The position numbers were made by a program, and so were the translations under genes. DNA of 64,000 nt, taken from positions 17,295 to 81,294 of the forward strand of contig WJLW01000081.1 of assembly GCA_014728295.1 (NCBI GenBank). The letters are read 5' to 3'. This document shows positions 39,441 to 48,360 of this stretch, piece after piece. The stretch is from Chitinivibrionales bacterium. GTDB lineage: Bacteria > Fibrobacterota > Chitinivibrionia > Chitinivibrionales > WJKA01. A model generated the notes under the pieces. The model searched no databases, was not told the origin of the DNA, and worked only from the letters and a program-made list of their open reading frames with translations. Numbering within the stretch: position 1 is the stretch's first letter; each line of letters begins with the position of its first letter.

Positions 39441-40157
39441 ATGAATTCCAGGGGGACACTTTTAATTACCGGCGGCTCGAAGCGTTTGGGATTTGCCCTG
39501 ACCCGACAGGCGCTGAGTATCGGATATAATATTCTGGTACATTACCGTTCGGACAATTCAGAGATGGTTGCGTGGACGGACCAGCATCGTGAGTTCAAAG
39601 ACCGTATTGGCTATATTCGCGGTGATTTACTGGAAATGCATCAGGACCTCATTCCCGCCGCCCTGGACCAGGCGAGCGATCTTGTCGGCCTGGTGAACAA
39701 TGCATCGCTTTTTACGGAAGGCAACATTGACAGTCTCGACCATTTCACCCGGACATTCGAGATAAATGCACTGACGCCACTACGGCTTTCGCATGCCTTT
39801 CATGCATGTGTTGGATCCGGATTTATCATCAATATTACCGATGCACATGATGATGGCGCAAGTGTCAACTTCATGAATTATCGCATGTCAAAACACTTCC
39901 TGAAAGATCTGACTGAACAATGCGCGCTGTGCTTTGCCCCGGCTATCCGCGTCAATGCACTCGCGCCCGGCGCCATGCTGCCGCCGCCGGGTAAAGACGA
40001 AGCGCATCTCCAGCGTCGAGCATCCAGCATCCCGCTTAACCGTGTTGGAGACATCACTGCGTTGCAGCAGGCTTTTGCATTTCTGACAACTAATGAGTAT
40101 ATCACCGGTCAGACTTTGTATGTCGACGGAGGCTGGCATGTTGTCAAGGGAGATTGA
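39441..40157 (+). CDS. SDR-family oxidoreductase (pteridine reductase/FolM-like glycine motif)
   Basis: TGGSKRLG dinucleotide motif, NNAS, and catalytic YxxxK (YRMSK). Confidence 0.75.
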   Translation: MNSRGTLLITGGSKRLGFALTRQALSIGYNILVHYRSDNSEMVAWTDQHREFKDRIGYIRGDLLEMHQDLIPAALDQASDLVGLVNNASLFTEGNIDSLDHFTRTFEINALTPLRLSHAFHACVGSGFIINITDAHDDGASVNFMNYRMSKHFLKDLTEQCALCFAPAIRVNALAPGAMLPPPGKDEAHLQRRASSIPLNRVGDITALQQAFAFLTTNEYITGQTLYVDGGWHVVKGD

Positions 40158-40176
40158 GATCAACCGTTGGGTATGC

Positions 40177-40641
40177 TCAAAACATGTCGGTGAGCTGCGG
40201 CAGAAGGCGATCTATATGAAGCGCTATTGTCTCGAAGGCTCGGCGATAATCTTTAAGAGTACCGCCGATGGGGTCGGCAACAGTGCTTTTGCGGCCAGGC
40301 TTATCGGGCCAGGCTGCGAGCAGGAACGTGCGATCGTTGACTTGCGGGAAAAACAGAGTTATATAATCCCGCTGCACGGCTTCCATAACGAAAATGATAT
40401 CCGAACTTTTAAGATCCCTGCCGTTAAGCGGCGACGATAAATGGTGGGATATATCAATGCCATTTTCTTGGCATACCTCAACAGCGAGTGAGGCTGCGGG
40501 CTGATTTTCCTGTGCATGAATACCGGTAGATGCTACGTGCAGATCGTTACGTCCAAGCTCCATCCATCGCGAACGTAAAATTCCTTCGGCCATGGGGCTG
40601 CGGCACAGATTACCGGTGCATGCAAATATCACTTTGTGCAA
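40177..40641 (-). CDS. Low-molecular-weight protein tyrosine phosphatase
   Basis: CX5R(S) loop CTGNLCRSP near the N-terminus and a DP general-acid loop (VADPIGG). TTG start. Confidence 0.85.
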   Translation of the reverse strand: MHKVIFACTGNLCRSPMAEGILRSRWMELGRNDLHVASTGIHAQENQPAASLAVEVCQENGIDISHHLSSPLNGRDLKSSDIIFVMEAVQRDYITLFFPQVNDRTFLLAAWPDKPGRKSTVADPIGGTLKDYRRAFETIALHIDRLLPQLTDMF

Positions 40642-40750
40642 GTAAAGACAACTCCAGCAGATTAATAAAACACCATTGAAAATATATTATTTTACCATTG
40701 TTAACCAGCAATGACCAACTGTATCTCATGTCAACACTAAGGCAGATTAT

Positions 40751-41074
40751 ATGTCACTCTCTCAGGAAGAAAAATCTCTGATTGCAGAATCCATGCAGGT
40801 CTATTTGCAGATTGTTGCCCGCCAGATGCCCCAGGCTCAGGTAGAGCAGATTGCAGCCATCGCCCAGGGCATTATGAAAAAACTCGACAATCTTCAGCCC
40901 GCCGGCAAAAAGGGCAACAAACCGGCCGGCATTACCGATGAATGGTACAAAAAAGTCTGTTCCACCTGCGAAAAGCTTTCGCCGTCAGGCTGCGAAGATA
41001 AAGTTACCGTCAAATTTCCCGGCAAGTGTGATCCCATACTCCACTACGAAAATCAGAAAAACCGGAAAAGATAG
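40751..41074 (+). CDS. Hypothetical small Cys-containing protein
   Basis: 107-aa ORF with CxxC...C...C in the C-terminal third. No recognisable family. Confidence 0.35.
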   Translation: MSLSQEEKSLIAESMQVYLQIVARQMPQAQVEQIAAIAQGIMKKLDNLQPAGKKGNKPAGITDEWYKKVCSTCEKLSPSGCEDKVTVKFPGKCDPILHYENQKNRKR

Positions 41075-41109
41075 AGAAAAGCACCAACGAGCCTGGTATT
41101 CCACCTTGG

Positions 41110-42390
41110 CTAAGCAGTCGTGATCAAATAGTAATTTTTCTTCCCTTTTTGTATCAGCAAATACTTCCCGTTAAGTAAATCCTGTGCGTCACATAAAGTA
41201 TCCTCGCCGACGGCCTTTTTTTTATTGACGCTTACGCCACCTCCTTTAATCATCCGGCGCGCCTCGCCTTTTGAGCCGAATACCGCCGCTTCTTTGGAGA
41301 TCAGGTCAATGAGAGGAATGCCGGCGGCCAGCTTTTGCTTTGTCACGGCAAATTGCGGCACACCTTCAAAAACGTCGAGCAATTCTCTTTCCGACAGCGT
41401 CCTGAGTTGATCGGTAGTTCCTTTGCCGAACAAAATTTGCGAAGCGTTTTGTGCTTTGCGCAACTCAACAGCAGAATGAACCCGCTCGGTGATCTCCTCG
41501 GCAAGCGCTTTTTGCAACGTGCGGATATGCGGGGTTTTTTCGTGCTCTTCAATCAATGCAGCTATCTCTTCCCGGGGCCTCATCGAAAATATTTTTATGA
41601 AGCGACCAACATCTTCATCCGAGCAGTTAAGCCAGAATTGATAAAATTTGTAAGCAGAGGTGAGGTTTGGATCAAGCCATATCTTTTCACCTGCGGCAGA
41701 TTTGCCGAATTTGGCGCCATCCGCTTTAGTCAGCAACGGACAGGTCAGAGCGTAGGCTTCTCCCCCGGCTTTGCGGCGGACAAGCTCGGTTCCGGTTACA
41801 ATATTGCCCCATTGGTCGGAGCCACCAACCTGTATCGTGCAGTTTTTTTCGCAGTAAAGCCGGTAAAAGTCGTAGCCCTGCAGCAACTGATATGAGAATT
41901 CGGTAAACGAAAGCCCCGATTCCATGCGCTGCTTTACCGAATCTTTGGCAAGCATGTAATTAACCGTAATATGCTTGCCGACATCCCGGAGAAAATCCAG
42001 AAATTTAAAATCTTTGAACCAGTCATAATTATTGACAATCTCAGCCGCCTCGTCACCGCTGCCAAATATGAGAAATTTTTCCAGTTGGCCGCGAAAACGC
42101 TCCAGGTTATGCTGTATAGCTTCCTTTGTCTGCAAAACACGTTCTTCCGATTTACCCGAGGGATCTCCTACCATCCCGGTCGCTCCACCGACCAGCGCAA
42201 TCGGTTTATGGCCGGCCCGTTGAAAATGCATCAGCAGCATTATGGGAACCAGATTGCCAATCTGTAAAGATTCTGCAGTAGGATCAAAACCGGCGTACAC
42301 GACACGTGGAGCCTGAGCAAGCTTTTCTTCAATGCCGGGAATGCTGTCGTGAATCATACCCCGCCAGCGAAGATCTCCAATCAAATTCAT
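41110..42390 (-). CDS. tyrS: Tyrosyl-tRNA synthetase
   Basis: HIGH-like SLQIGNL, KMSKS-like KFGKS, and a C-terminal S4 RNA-binding domain ([15 protein letters not shown]). Confidence 0.95.
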   Translation of the reverse strand: MNLIGDLRWRGMIHDSIPGIEEKLAQAPRVVYAGFDPTAESLQIGNLVPIMLLMHFQRAGHKPIALVGGATGMVGDPSGKSEERVLQTKEAIQHNLERFRGQLEKFLIFGSGDEAAEIVNNYDWFKDFKFLDFLRDVGKHITVNYMLAKDSVKQRMESGLSFTEFSYQLLQGYDFYRLYCEKNCTIQVGGSDQWGNIVTGTELVRRKAGGEAYALTCPLLTKADGAKFGKSAAGEKIWLDPNLTSAYKFYQFWLNCSDEDVGRFIKIFSMRPREEIAALIEEHEKTPHIRTLQKALAEEITERVHSAVELRKAQNASQILFGKGTTDQLRTLSERELLDVFEGVPQFAVTKQKLAAGIPLIDLISKEAAVFGSKGEARRMIKGGGVSVNKKKAVGEDTLCDAQDLLNGKYLLIQKGKKNYYLITTA

Positions 42391-42510
42391 TTGCCGTCCT
42401 TATTAACATATGAGATAATTATCTTGCTTAGAGGTTTTCAAAATACATATTGTTCGGGCAATTCCCCGAAGCAATATTTTTAATCCGGTACGGCTACCAA
42501 ACGGAATATC

Positions 42511-42720
42511 ATGCCATTGCTCGGACCACTCCTTCACCTTGTCGAAGGCTCGCCTGCAATTGCCTGGGCTGCGCTCGTTGTCGCATTTGTCATATTGGCA
42601 AAATCGGCGGATTCGTTCGTCGATTCGTCGGTAGGTCTGGCCGACCGGTTTAACCTGCCCCGGCTGGTCATCGGAATTATCCTGGTCTCGCTGGCAACGA
42701 CCGCACCGGAGCTGAATGAG
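42511..42720 (+). pseudogene. N-terminal remnant (~70 aa) of a CaCA-family Na+/Ca2+ antiporter
   Basis: LAKSADSFVDSSVGLADRFNLPRLVIGIILVSLATTAPEL matches the alpha-1 repeat (..GTSAPEL) of YrbG-type exchangers. Similarity stops right after APEL, where the frame runs antisense into the ankyrin gene. Confidence 0.55.
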
Positions 42721-42728
42721 CAAGCGGA

Positions 42729-44042
42729 TTACCTCACAGCACCGGCATCAAGCAGCATTTTTTCAATCATACGCCGGTTATACTTGCGCGCATACCACAG
42801 AGCCGTGTGCTCCCGGCGGTTCTCGATATTGACATCTGCGCCCGAATCGATGAGCATGCGCACGGCAGGTACATAGCCCCGCGCAACCGAATATATGAGG
42901 GCCGTTCCCAGTATTTCATTCGACGCATTGATATCAGCGCCATAGTGCAGCAATTCGTACATAATTTCGACATGCCCCCGGGATGCGGCAATTATCAGCG
43001 GCGTGCTGCCATAGCGGTTGCGCCGTTCCAGATCCACCATCTGTGTCGCAAGGATTTCCCGCACTTCTGAGAGATTGCCGTTGCGTGCAGCCGACATCAA
43101 TTTGGTGTAGCCGTCGGCTTCCTCCTGCAAAAGCAGCCGTTCGATGCTGCGATAATTGCGTTCCATGGCAATCTGTAACGCCGTCCTGCCGTGCCTGCCC
43201 GCATAATCAACGTCGGCGCCGGCAGAAAGAAGCAGCCGAACCATATGGCGCTTGTTGCGCTGAGTTGCATGAATCAGCGGCGTCCTGCCCGATTCGTCGA
43301 CAACATTTACATCCGCTCCCGCTTTGAGCAATGATTCTGTAATTTCAAGTTTATTGCGGATGACCGCATGGACCAATGCCGTCCGCTTATCACTGTCGGG
43401 AATGTCGGGATAGGCTCCGGCCAGCAGTAACTGTTCGATGATTTGCGAACTATGGTGCTTGACGGCCGATATCAGCAGCGGTTCGCCGCCATAGGCTTGG
43501 CCGGATGGGTCGGCACCGTATCTGAGCAGCAATATAGCAAGCTCCGGCTGCTTGCGCCCTATTGCATGTCCCAGCGCGGCAACACTGCTGTCGTCTTCAC
43601 GGGTGACATCGGCCCCTTCGGCAAGCAGGATTTCTGCGATTTCTGTATTTGCGTTGATAACCGCCAGCATGAGCGCGTCTTCGCCGCGGTTATTGACTGC
43701 AAACGGATTGGCATGCCTCTCCAGCAACCAGATAAACATATCAAAGCATCCTGAAGCGGCAGCCGACATAAGAACCGTTCCGTCATCCTCGCCCCTAAGG
43801 TCGATAACGTCAAGGCCCCGGTCTATCCGGGAAGCACCGGCCGAATCACACCTCCACACCATGTTCAGCAGGGCGTTCCAGCCAGTATTCAGTGAATCGA
43901 ACCGGGCTTCACTCACCGTGCCATGCGCGTCGTGCAAGCGCGGTTCTTGCCCTGCTGTCGGGTAGCGCATCAGTACCAGCAAAACCGCCACAGCGGATAC
44001 GATTACGGGCCTGTTCCCGGCTAAAAGTGAGGCTGCTGTCAT
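42729..44042 (-). CDS. Ankyrin-repeat protein (~11 repeats) with N-terminal signal/anchor
   Basis: Hydrophobic N-terminus, then repeated G.T.L..A......V..LL..GAD.N units (e.g. GRTPLIHATQRNKRHMVRLLLSAGADVD). Confidence 0.85.
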   Translation of the reverse strand: MTAASLLAGNRPVIVSAVAVLLVLMRYPTAGQEPRLHDAHGTVSEARFDSLNTGWNALLNMVWRCDSAGASRIDRGLDVIDLRGEDDGTVLMSAAASGCFDMFIWLLERHANPFAVNNRGEDALMLAVINANTEIAEILLAEGADVTREDDSSVAALGHAIGRKQPELAILLLRYGADPSGQAYGGEPLLISAVKHHSSQIIEQLLLAGAYPDIPDSDKRTALVHAVIRNKLEITESLLKAGADVNVVDESGRTPLIHATQRNKRHMVRLLLSAGADVDYAGRHGRTALQIAMERNYRSIERLLLQEEADGYTKLMSAARNGNLSEVREILATQMVDLERRNRYGSTPLIIAASRGHVEIMYELLHYGADINASNEILGTALIYSVARGYVPAVRMLIDSGADVNIENRREHTALWYARKYNRRMIEKMLLDAGAVR

Positions 44043-44083
44043 AGATGTTTCCGGCCGGTCGGAATTGATGGGAAATGAACAAT

Positions 44084-44740
44084 TCAGGTGACCGGCGCTT
44101 CTTCTGTATCCTGAAATATGTCCTTTCCTTTCTTCTCAAGTGCGCTAGGCTTTATAATGCGGATTTTGCCCCGCGAAACGTGAATTAAATGCATTTTCTC
44201 TAATCGGGAAAGAATTTCCAGGGTGTCACCAATCTGCAAGTTGAGGATATCCAGTATTTCGTTCTGAGCGAAAGTCAGTGCAATTTCAAGATTGCCATCG
44301 TTACATTCGCAGGCCGGTGCAGAGGCCATCATTGCCAGCAGGGCTGCAACATGCGGGAGTTTGTCACAACCGACGCTATTGTCGATCTTCTCATCCACCT
44401 CCCGCAATCGCTGCACGAGTATCATGGTAATCTTTTTAAACCATTCGGGAATTGAGCCAAAAGTGCTCCTGAAGCTTTCTTTTCTGACAACATACGCCTC
44501 GGTCTCATCCAGAGCAACAACCGAAGCACTGCGCGGCCCTCCGTCAATGGCGGCCACCTCCCCCACAACTTCACCAACCCCGACCGTTGCCAGCTCGACT
44601 TCGATATCTCCCTCGGTCTTGAAAATTTTGACCCGGCCGGATTTGATGATATAGAGCTCATTGGAAACATCATGTTGCCTGAAAAAGCAGTCTCCGCGCT
44701 TAAACCTGGTGAGTACCTGATCAGCTTGCTGTTCTGCCAT
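44084..44740 (-). CDS. Cyclic-nucleotide-binding domain protein (Crp/Fnr-like)
   Basis: cNMP pocket GEVVGEVAAIDGGPRSASVVA, and a C-terminal winged-helix-like end (ILSRLEKMHLIHVSRGKIRII). The start at 44740 (MAEQQ) is preceded by GGAGGAG. Confidence 0.75.
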   Translation of the reverse strand: MAEQQADQVLTRFKRGDCFFRQHDVSNELYIIKSGRVKIFKTEGDIEVELATVGVGEVVGEVAAIDGGPRSASVVALDETEAYVVRKESFRSTFGSIPEWFKKITMILVQRLREVDEKIDNSVGCDKLPHVAALLAMMASAPACECNDGNLEIALTFAQNEILDILNLQIGDTLEILSRLEKMHLIHVSRGKIRIIKPSALEKKGKDIFQDTEEAPVT

Positions 44741-44778
44741 ATTCTCCTCCACCGAAATAAAATTGACAACCAGTTGGT

Positions 44779-45303
44779 CTATTCCGCAAAAACTTTTGTC
44801 GATACGATCCATGCATCCGGATAGCCTTCCTCACGCAGTGCATTAAGCTCTTTTTGGGCGTTGGCTTTATGCTTGAAATCCCCCACAAATAATTTGTAAT
44901 AAGGTGCATTATATGAGATATACACCGAATGCCGCGTTCTCATCTCAAGATTTTTTTTCTCGGCTCTTGCACGCTCAACCTGGCTCGTAGCGAAACACTG
45001 GATACGAAAACCGTCTATGAGATTTTTTTTCTTTTCATCCGGACCGACTTTGGCAAGTTCCTCGGAAACGATTTCAACAAAATCGCTTTCAGTCAATCTG
45101 ATTTCATTGCCGCGGTTTAATGTGTCCAGATAGGTCAATTGGATGTCCTTCCGCTCCTCAAATTCGACTGCTTCAACATTCTCAATCTTTTCCTCCTCCT
45201 TGTCTTTTTTCTTGCGACCGAAAAACCAGGAGGCTGCATCGGCTGAGAATGACAGGATGGTCAGAAAGGCCGTAAGTACATAGATGCAATTTCGTAAACG
45301 CAT
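44779..45303 (-). CDS. SPOR-domain (peptidoglycan-binding) protein
   Basis: Signal/anchor, a K/E-rich linker, and a C-terminal SPOR repeat (GFRIQCFATSQVERARAEK...YYKLFVGDFKHKANAQKELNALREEGYPDAWIV). Confidence 0.75.
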   Translation of the reverse strand: MRLRNCIYVLTAFLTILSFSADAASWFFGRKKKDKEEEKIENVEAVEFEERKDIQLTYLDTLNRGNEIRLTESDFVEIVSEELAKVGPDEKKKNLIDGFRIQCFATSQVERARAEKKNLEMRTRHSVYISYNAPYYKLFVGDFKHKANAQKELNALREEGYPDAWIVSTKVFAE

Positions 45304-45375
45304 AGCTACTCCATTCTATAATGATTGCCCGGCACTGCACCAGAAAAATAACAGACAACTGTGCACAGCGCAAAA

Positions 45376-46590
45376 TCAAGCGGCGGGATTGGCCACATAT
45401 CCTGCAAAGAGAATCATATCTTTGCTTCGGTCAATAATGAGGAAGAGGAATGGCCGGTCGCACTTGAAAAGCGGCAATCGTTCTTCTTCCGACAACTCAA
45501 TGAGTGTTGCAGCCGCTGCGACGGTACCGGCTTCATCAACAGCAATTTTAGCCGTATGCAGTATTTTGCTGATAAAAAGCGGCGTTGCGTCGCTGATTGC
45601 GGAAAAGTTGGCCAGGGAGGTAAACGCAGAAGTTATTCCCAGTGCCTGCAGCGCCTCCGTCAATTCGGTACGGTGAGAGAGGGTGAATTTCGGTAGATGA
45701 ATATCGCCTTGCCGCGTGCTGAAGCCGGAATCCAGTGCGGCAAAGTTTGAATCGCTGATCTCGTCAAGAGCCTCGGCGCACGTGCGCCCGCGTTCGGGCA
45801 GGATGAGCACCATGTCGGCATCGACATTTCCATAGCCGCGCCTGAGCAATCTACAACTTGCAAGCTGAGCGATATCATGCATGCCCATTTGATACATCAG
45901 CGTGCAGGCAACAGTCGAGTCGGGACGAATGTGGAACCCACCGGCGTAACTGTCGTCCTTGACAAAAGCATTCTGCCATTTGCCATTAAAATAGAGTGCA
46001 TTGATCAGATACACCAAGGCCGATTCATCGACAGGCCCTGATAGTATACGGTCGATCATAGAGTTAGTCTGACGCCCGACCCATGCGTTTATCGTATCGG
46101 TAAGTGCGGGATCGGCGAAATTGCTGCGATACGCATCCCCGGCAAAAATATCCGACAGCGTGTGACTAAATTGATCGTGAATTTGGATATCCTTGCGGTA
46201 CCAGAGTGAGGTTGCAGTATGGACCCCTTTCTGACTCCTAAGTGATTGACAAATGGCAGCCCAGTTTTTGCGTGTTTTGCCCGCTGCATATTCCTCAAGG
46301 TGCAGCGCTGCCCGTATTTCTCGTTGGGTCACCCCCTGCGCTCCCGCGCCCGCCAAAGCCAGCGAAAGCGCGATACTAACCGGGGACACGACCGCATTTT
46401 CACGGTAATCCTCGAATATGCTGCTCATCGCGTCAAAAGCGAAAGCAGCATACGCCTCAACAAATACCGATTCAGGAACGCAATGTTTGCGATGATCGGA
46501 CATTCCGCAATTCTGAGCAGCACAGGCGCTCATTAAGAAAGTAGCCGGAACGGCAAACAGCAGGAAAGAGTGCAATGTACTTTTTCTCAT
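45376..46590 (-). CDS. Serpin-family protease inhibitor, probable lipoprotein
   Basis: NALYFNGKWQ, reactive-centre hinge DEAGTVAAAAT, and C-terminal PFLFLI.D motifs. The signal peptide ends in a lipobox-like LMSAC. Confidence 0.85.
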   Translation of the reverse strand: MRKSTLHSFLLFAVPATFLMSACAAQNCGMSDHRKHCVPESVFVEAYAAFAFDAMSSIFEDYRENAVVSPVSIALSLALAGAGAQGVTQREIRAALHLEEYAAGKTRKNWAAICQSLRSQKGVHTATSLWYRKDIQIHDQFSHTLSDIFAGDAYRSNFADPALTDTINAWVGRQTNSMIDRILSGPVDESALVYLINALYFNGKWQNAFVKDDSYAGGFHIRPDSTVACTLMYQMGMHDIAQLASCRLLRRGYGNVDADMVLILPERGRTCAEALDEISDSNFAALDSGFSTRQGDIHLPKFTLSHRTELTEALQALGITSAFTSLANFSAISDATPLFISKILHTAKIAVDEAGTVAAAATLIELSEEERLPLFKCDRPFLFLIIDRSKDMILFAGYVANPAA

Positions 46591-46721
46591 AACAACATAA
46601 AAATACGATGCGGCGCCTCGCCCGAGTTTGCTCTCCGATTCGGAGATAAGGTAAAATGAACGAGAATCCTGATTTGTGCGACTGAAAGAGTACTGAGTCG
46701 GCCAATTGAAACAGGAATGTC

Positions 46722-47744
46722 ATGAAAGCAACTATAATTCAACTCATGCTTGCCGCAGCTTTGGCAGCAAGCGGGATATCGATCATTGACGTAAGTGCCG
46801 CAGGGATAGCACCGCCGCATATCACGCCACATGATACCCAATTTAAAGGAAGCCTGGAGATTACCGTCACGTCCTCCACGCCGCGGGCATCAATTTTTTA
46901 CACGCTTGACGGAAGTGAACCAACGCGCGCCTCCACGCTTTACACCCGGCCAATTTCCATTTCCTCCGGCTCAACGATCAAGGCAAAAGCCTACCTGCCG
47001 TATGGCCGGCATAAACACAGCACAACGACTACCCGGCGATTTGTCAACCTTGACGAGCACGGGCCGCGAATCCAGCGTATCTTTCTGCAAAAGCCACCAG
47101 CCGGCGGGAGTGCGTCAAAACAGCGCACGCTCATCATCGAATTCAACGAGCCGGTCATGCTCAATCCGCAAGATGCCGTACCGACAGGCAAAATTTTCAC
47201 CTATTCCAAACAGGACAAAGACTTGACTGATGCATTTGCCGCCTATACCCGGGTGAGTGCGGGGCCGCCTGAAGAAATGGCAGCAATACACCTGCATATA
47301 AGTCCGCAATTCCCCTTGGAAACAGGGGACCGGATTGCTCTGCAGGCAGGCAGTGACTACCTGACCGATATCTATGGCAGATCCGCCTCCGACACCGGCG
47401 GGCATTCTGTAATCCTGGATGAAAAGCAGCAATTAACGATCGCCATCGCTCCCAACCCCTTCTCGCCGCATACCACCGAGCAGAAAGAAATAGTAATATC
47501 AGCCACATCCCTGCAGCAAATTCTCTCTGCCAAAGCGGTAATTTACGATTATCGGGGAGTTCAAATTGCCGGACCGCTGAGCCTGCTCAGTACGCAGAAA
47601 GGCTCATTTGAGGGTGTGTGGAACGGCGTCTCGCACAATGGCAGCCTTGTTTCATCCGGAACCTACCTGGCGGAAGTCACGGCAGTGTCCTTTGAGAAGC
47701 GACATGTCACCGCACGTATCAAATTCGGCGTGAAAACTTACTAG
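46722..47744 (+). CDS. Secreted protein with Fn3-associated/chitobiase-C-like domain and FlgD-Ig-like C-terminal domain
   Basis: Signal peptide; SIFYTLDGSEPTRASTLYTRPISISSGSTIKAKAY; C-terminal APNPFSP...VIYDYRGVQI...VWNGVSHNGSLVSSGTYLAEV. Confidence 0.6.
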   Translation: MKATIIQLMLAAALAASGISIIDVSAAGIAPPHITPHDTQFKGSLEITVTSSTPRASIFYTLDGSEPTRASTLYTRPISISSGSTIKAKAYLPYGRHKHSTTTTRRFVNLDEHGPRIQRIFLQKPPAGGSASKQRTLIIEFNEPVMLNPQDAVPTGKIFTYSKQDKDLTDAFAAYTRVSAGPPEEMAAIHLHISPQFPLETGDRIALQAGSDYLTDIYGRSASDTGGHSVILDEKQQLTIAIAPNPFSPHTTEQKEIVISATSLQQILSAKAVIYDYRGVQIAGPLSLLSTQKGSFEGVWNGVSHNGSLVSSGTYLAEVTAVSFEKRHVTARIKFGVKTY

Positions 47745-47752
47745 ACAACAAG

Positions 47753-48235
47753 CTACCAGGAGTTGAATCTGAGATTTCTGTCGAAGGAGGGGAATGGTCC
47801 TTCAGAGTAATAGGGGTCGTTATCCCGCACGACGCTAAATCGCATCATAAAATTGTCATTCGGCTGCCAGGTCAAATGCATATTCAGGGGCATATTGCGA
47901 AAATAATCCGCTGACTTGACGTTGGTTGCATTGAGGTTGCGGTCAGGCGCATAACTCGAATGAAGAGGGAAGCCGAAGTTAAGATTAAGCGTAACTGGTG
48001 CGGTGAATTTGTATTGCAGCATCGTAGCGTACAAGCTTTGGGATATTACATCGTCCTTTCCGGTTGCCGACATGCCGAAGCTCATACTGTGATTAACCTT
48101 CAGGCGCGACGGATCAAGCAGCCCGGCATTGGGAGAGCTTTGGGTATCATCCGCATACGCCTGCGCGGTCTGAGCAGGGGCCAGTTGTATACAAACCGCT
48201 GTCGCCAGGGCAAATAAGGCCATCCTCTTGTTCAT
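47753..48235 (-). CDS. Small secreted protein, possible 8-10-stranded outer-membrane barrel
   Basis: Signal peptide (ALFALATAVCIQLAPAQTAQA), alternating hydrophobic pattern, and an aromatic C-terminal residue (..RFNSW). Confidence 0.4.
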   Translation of the reverse strand: MNKRMALFALATAVCIQLAPAQTAQAYADDTQSSPNAGLLDPSRLKVNHSMSFGMSATGKDDVISQSLYATMLQYKFTAPVTLNLNFGFPLHSSYAPDRNLNATNVKSADYFRNMPLNMHLTWQPNDNFMMRFSVVRDNDPYYSEGPFPSFDRNLRFNSW

Positions 48236-48360
48236 AAACCTGCCTTCCTTGATTCACTTGGTACGCTACTATCATAAATTACGAGGTAGCCGGGCAGTTA
48301 TTACTAGTATACTATTTTCCCGTGATAATATCCAGACGCTAAGGCGCCGTTCCGCCCTGT

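Noticed and set aside
42403-42723. 106-aa minus-strand ORF between tyrS and the ankyrin gene
   Set aside because: It is antisense to the plus-strand fragment that carries a recognisable CaCA alpha-repeat. Its own translation has no motif.
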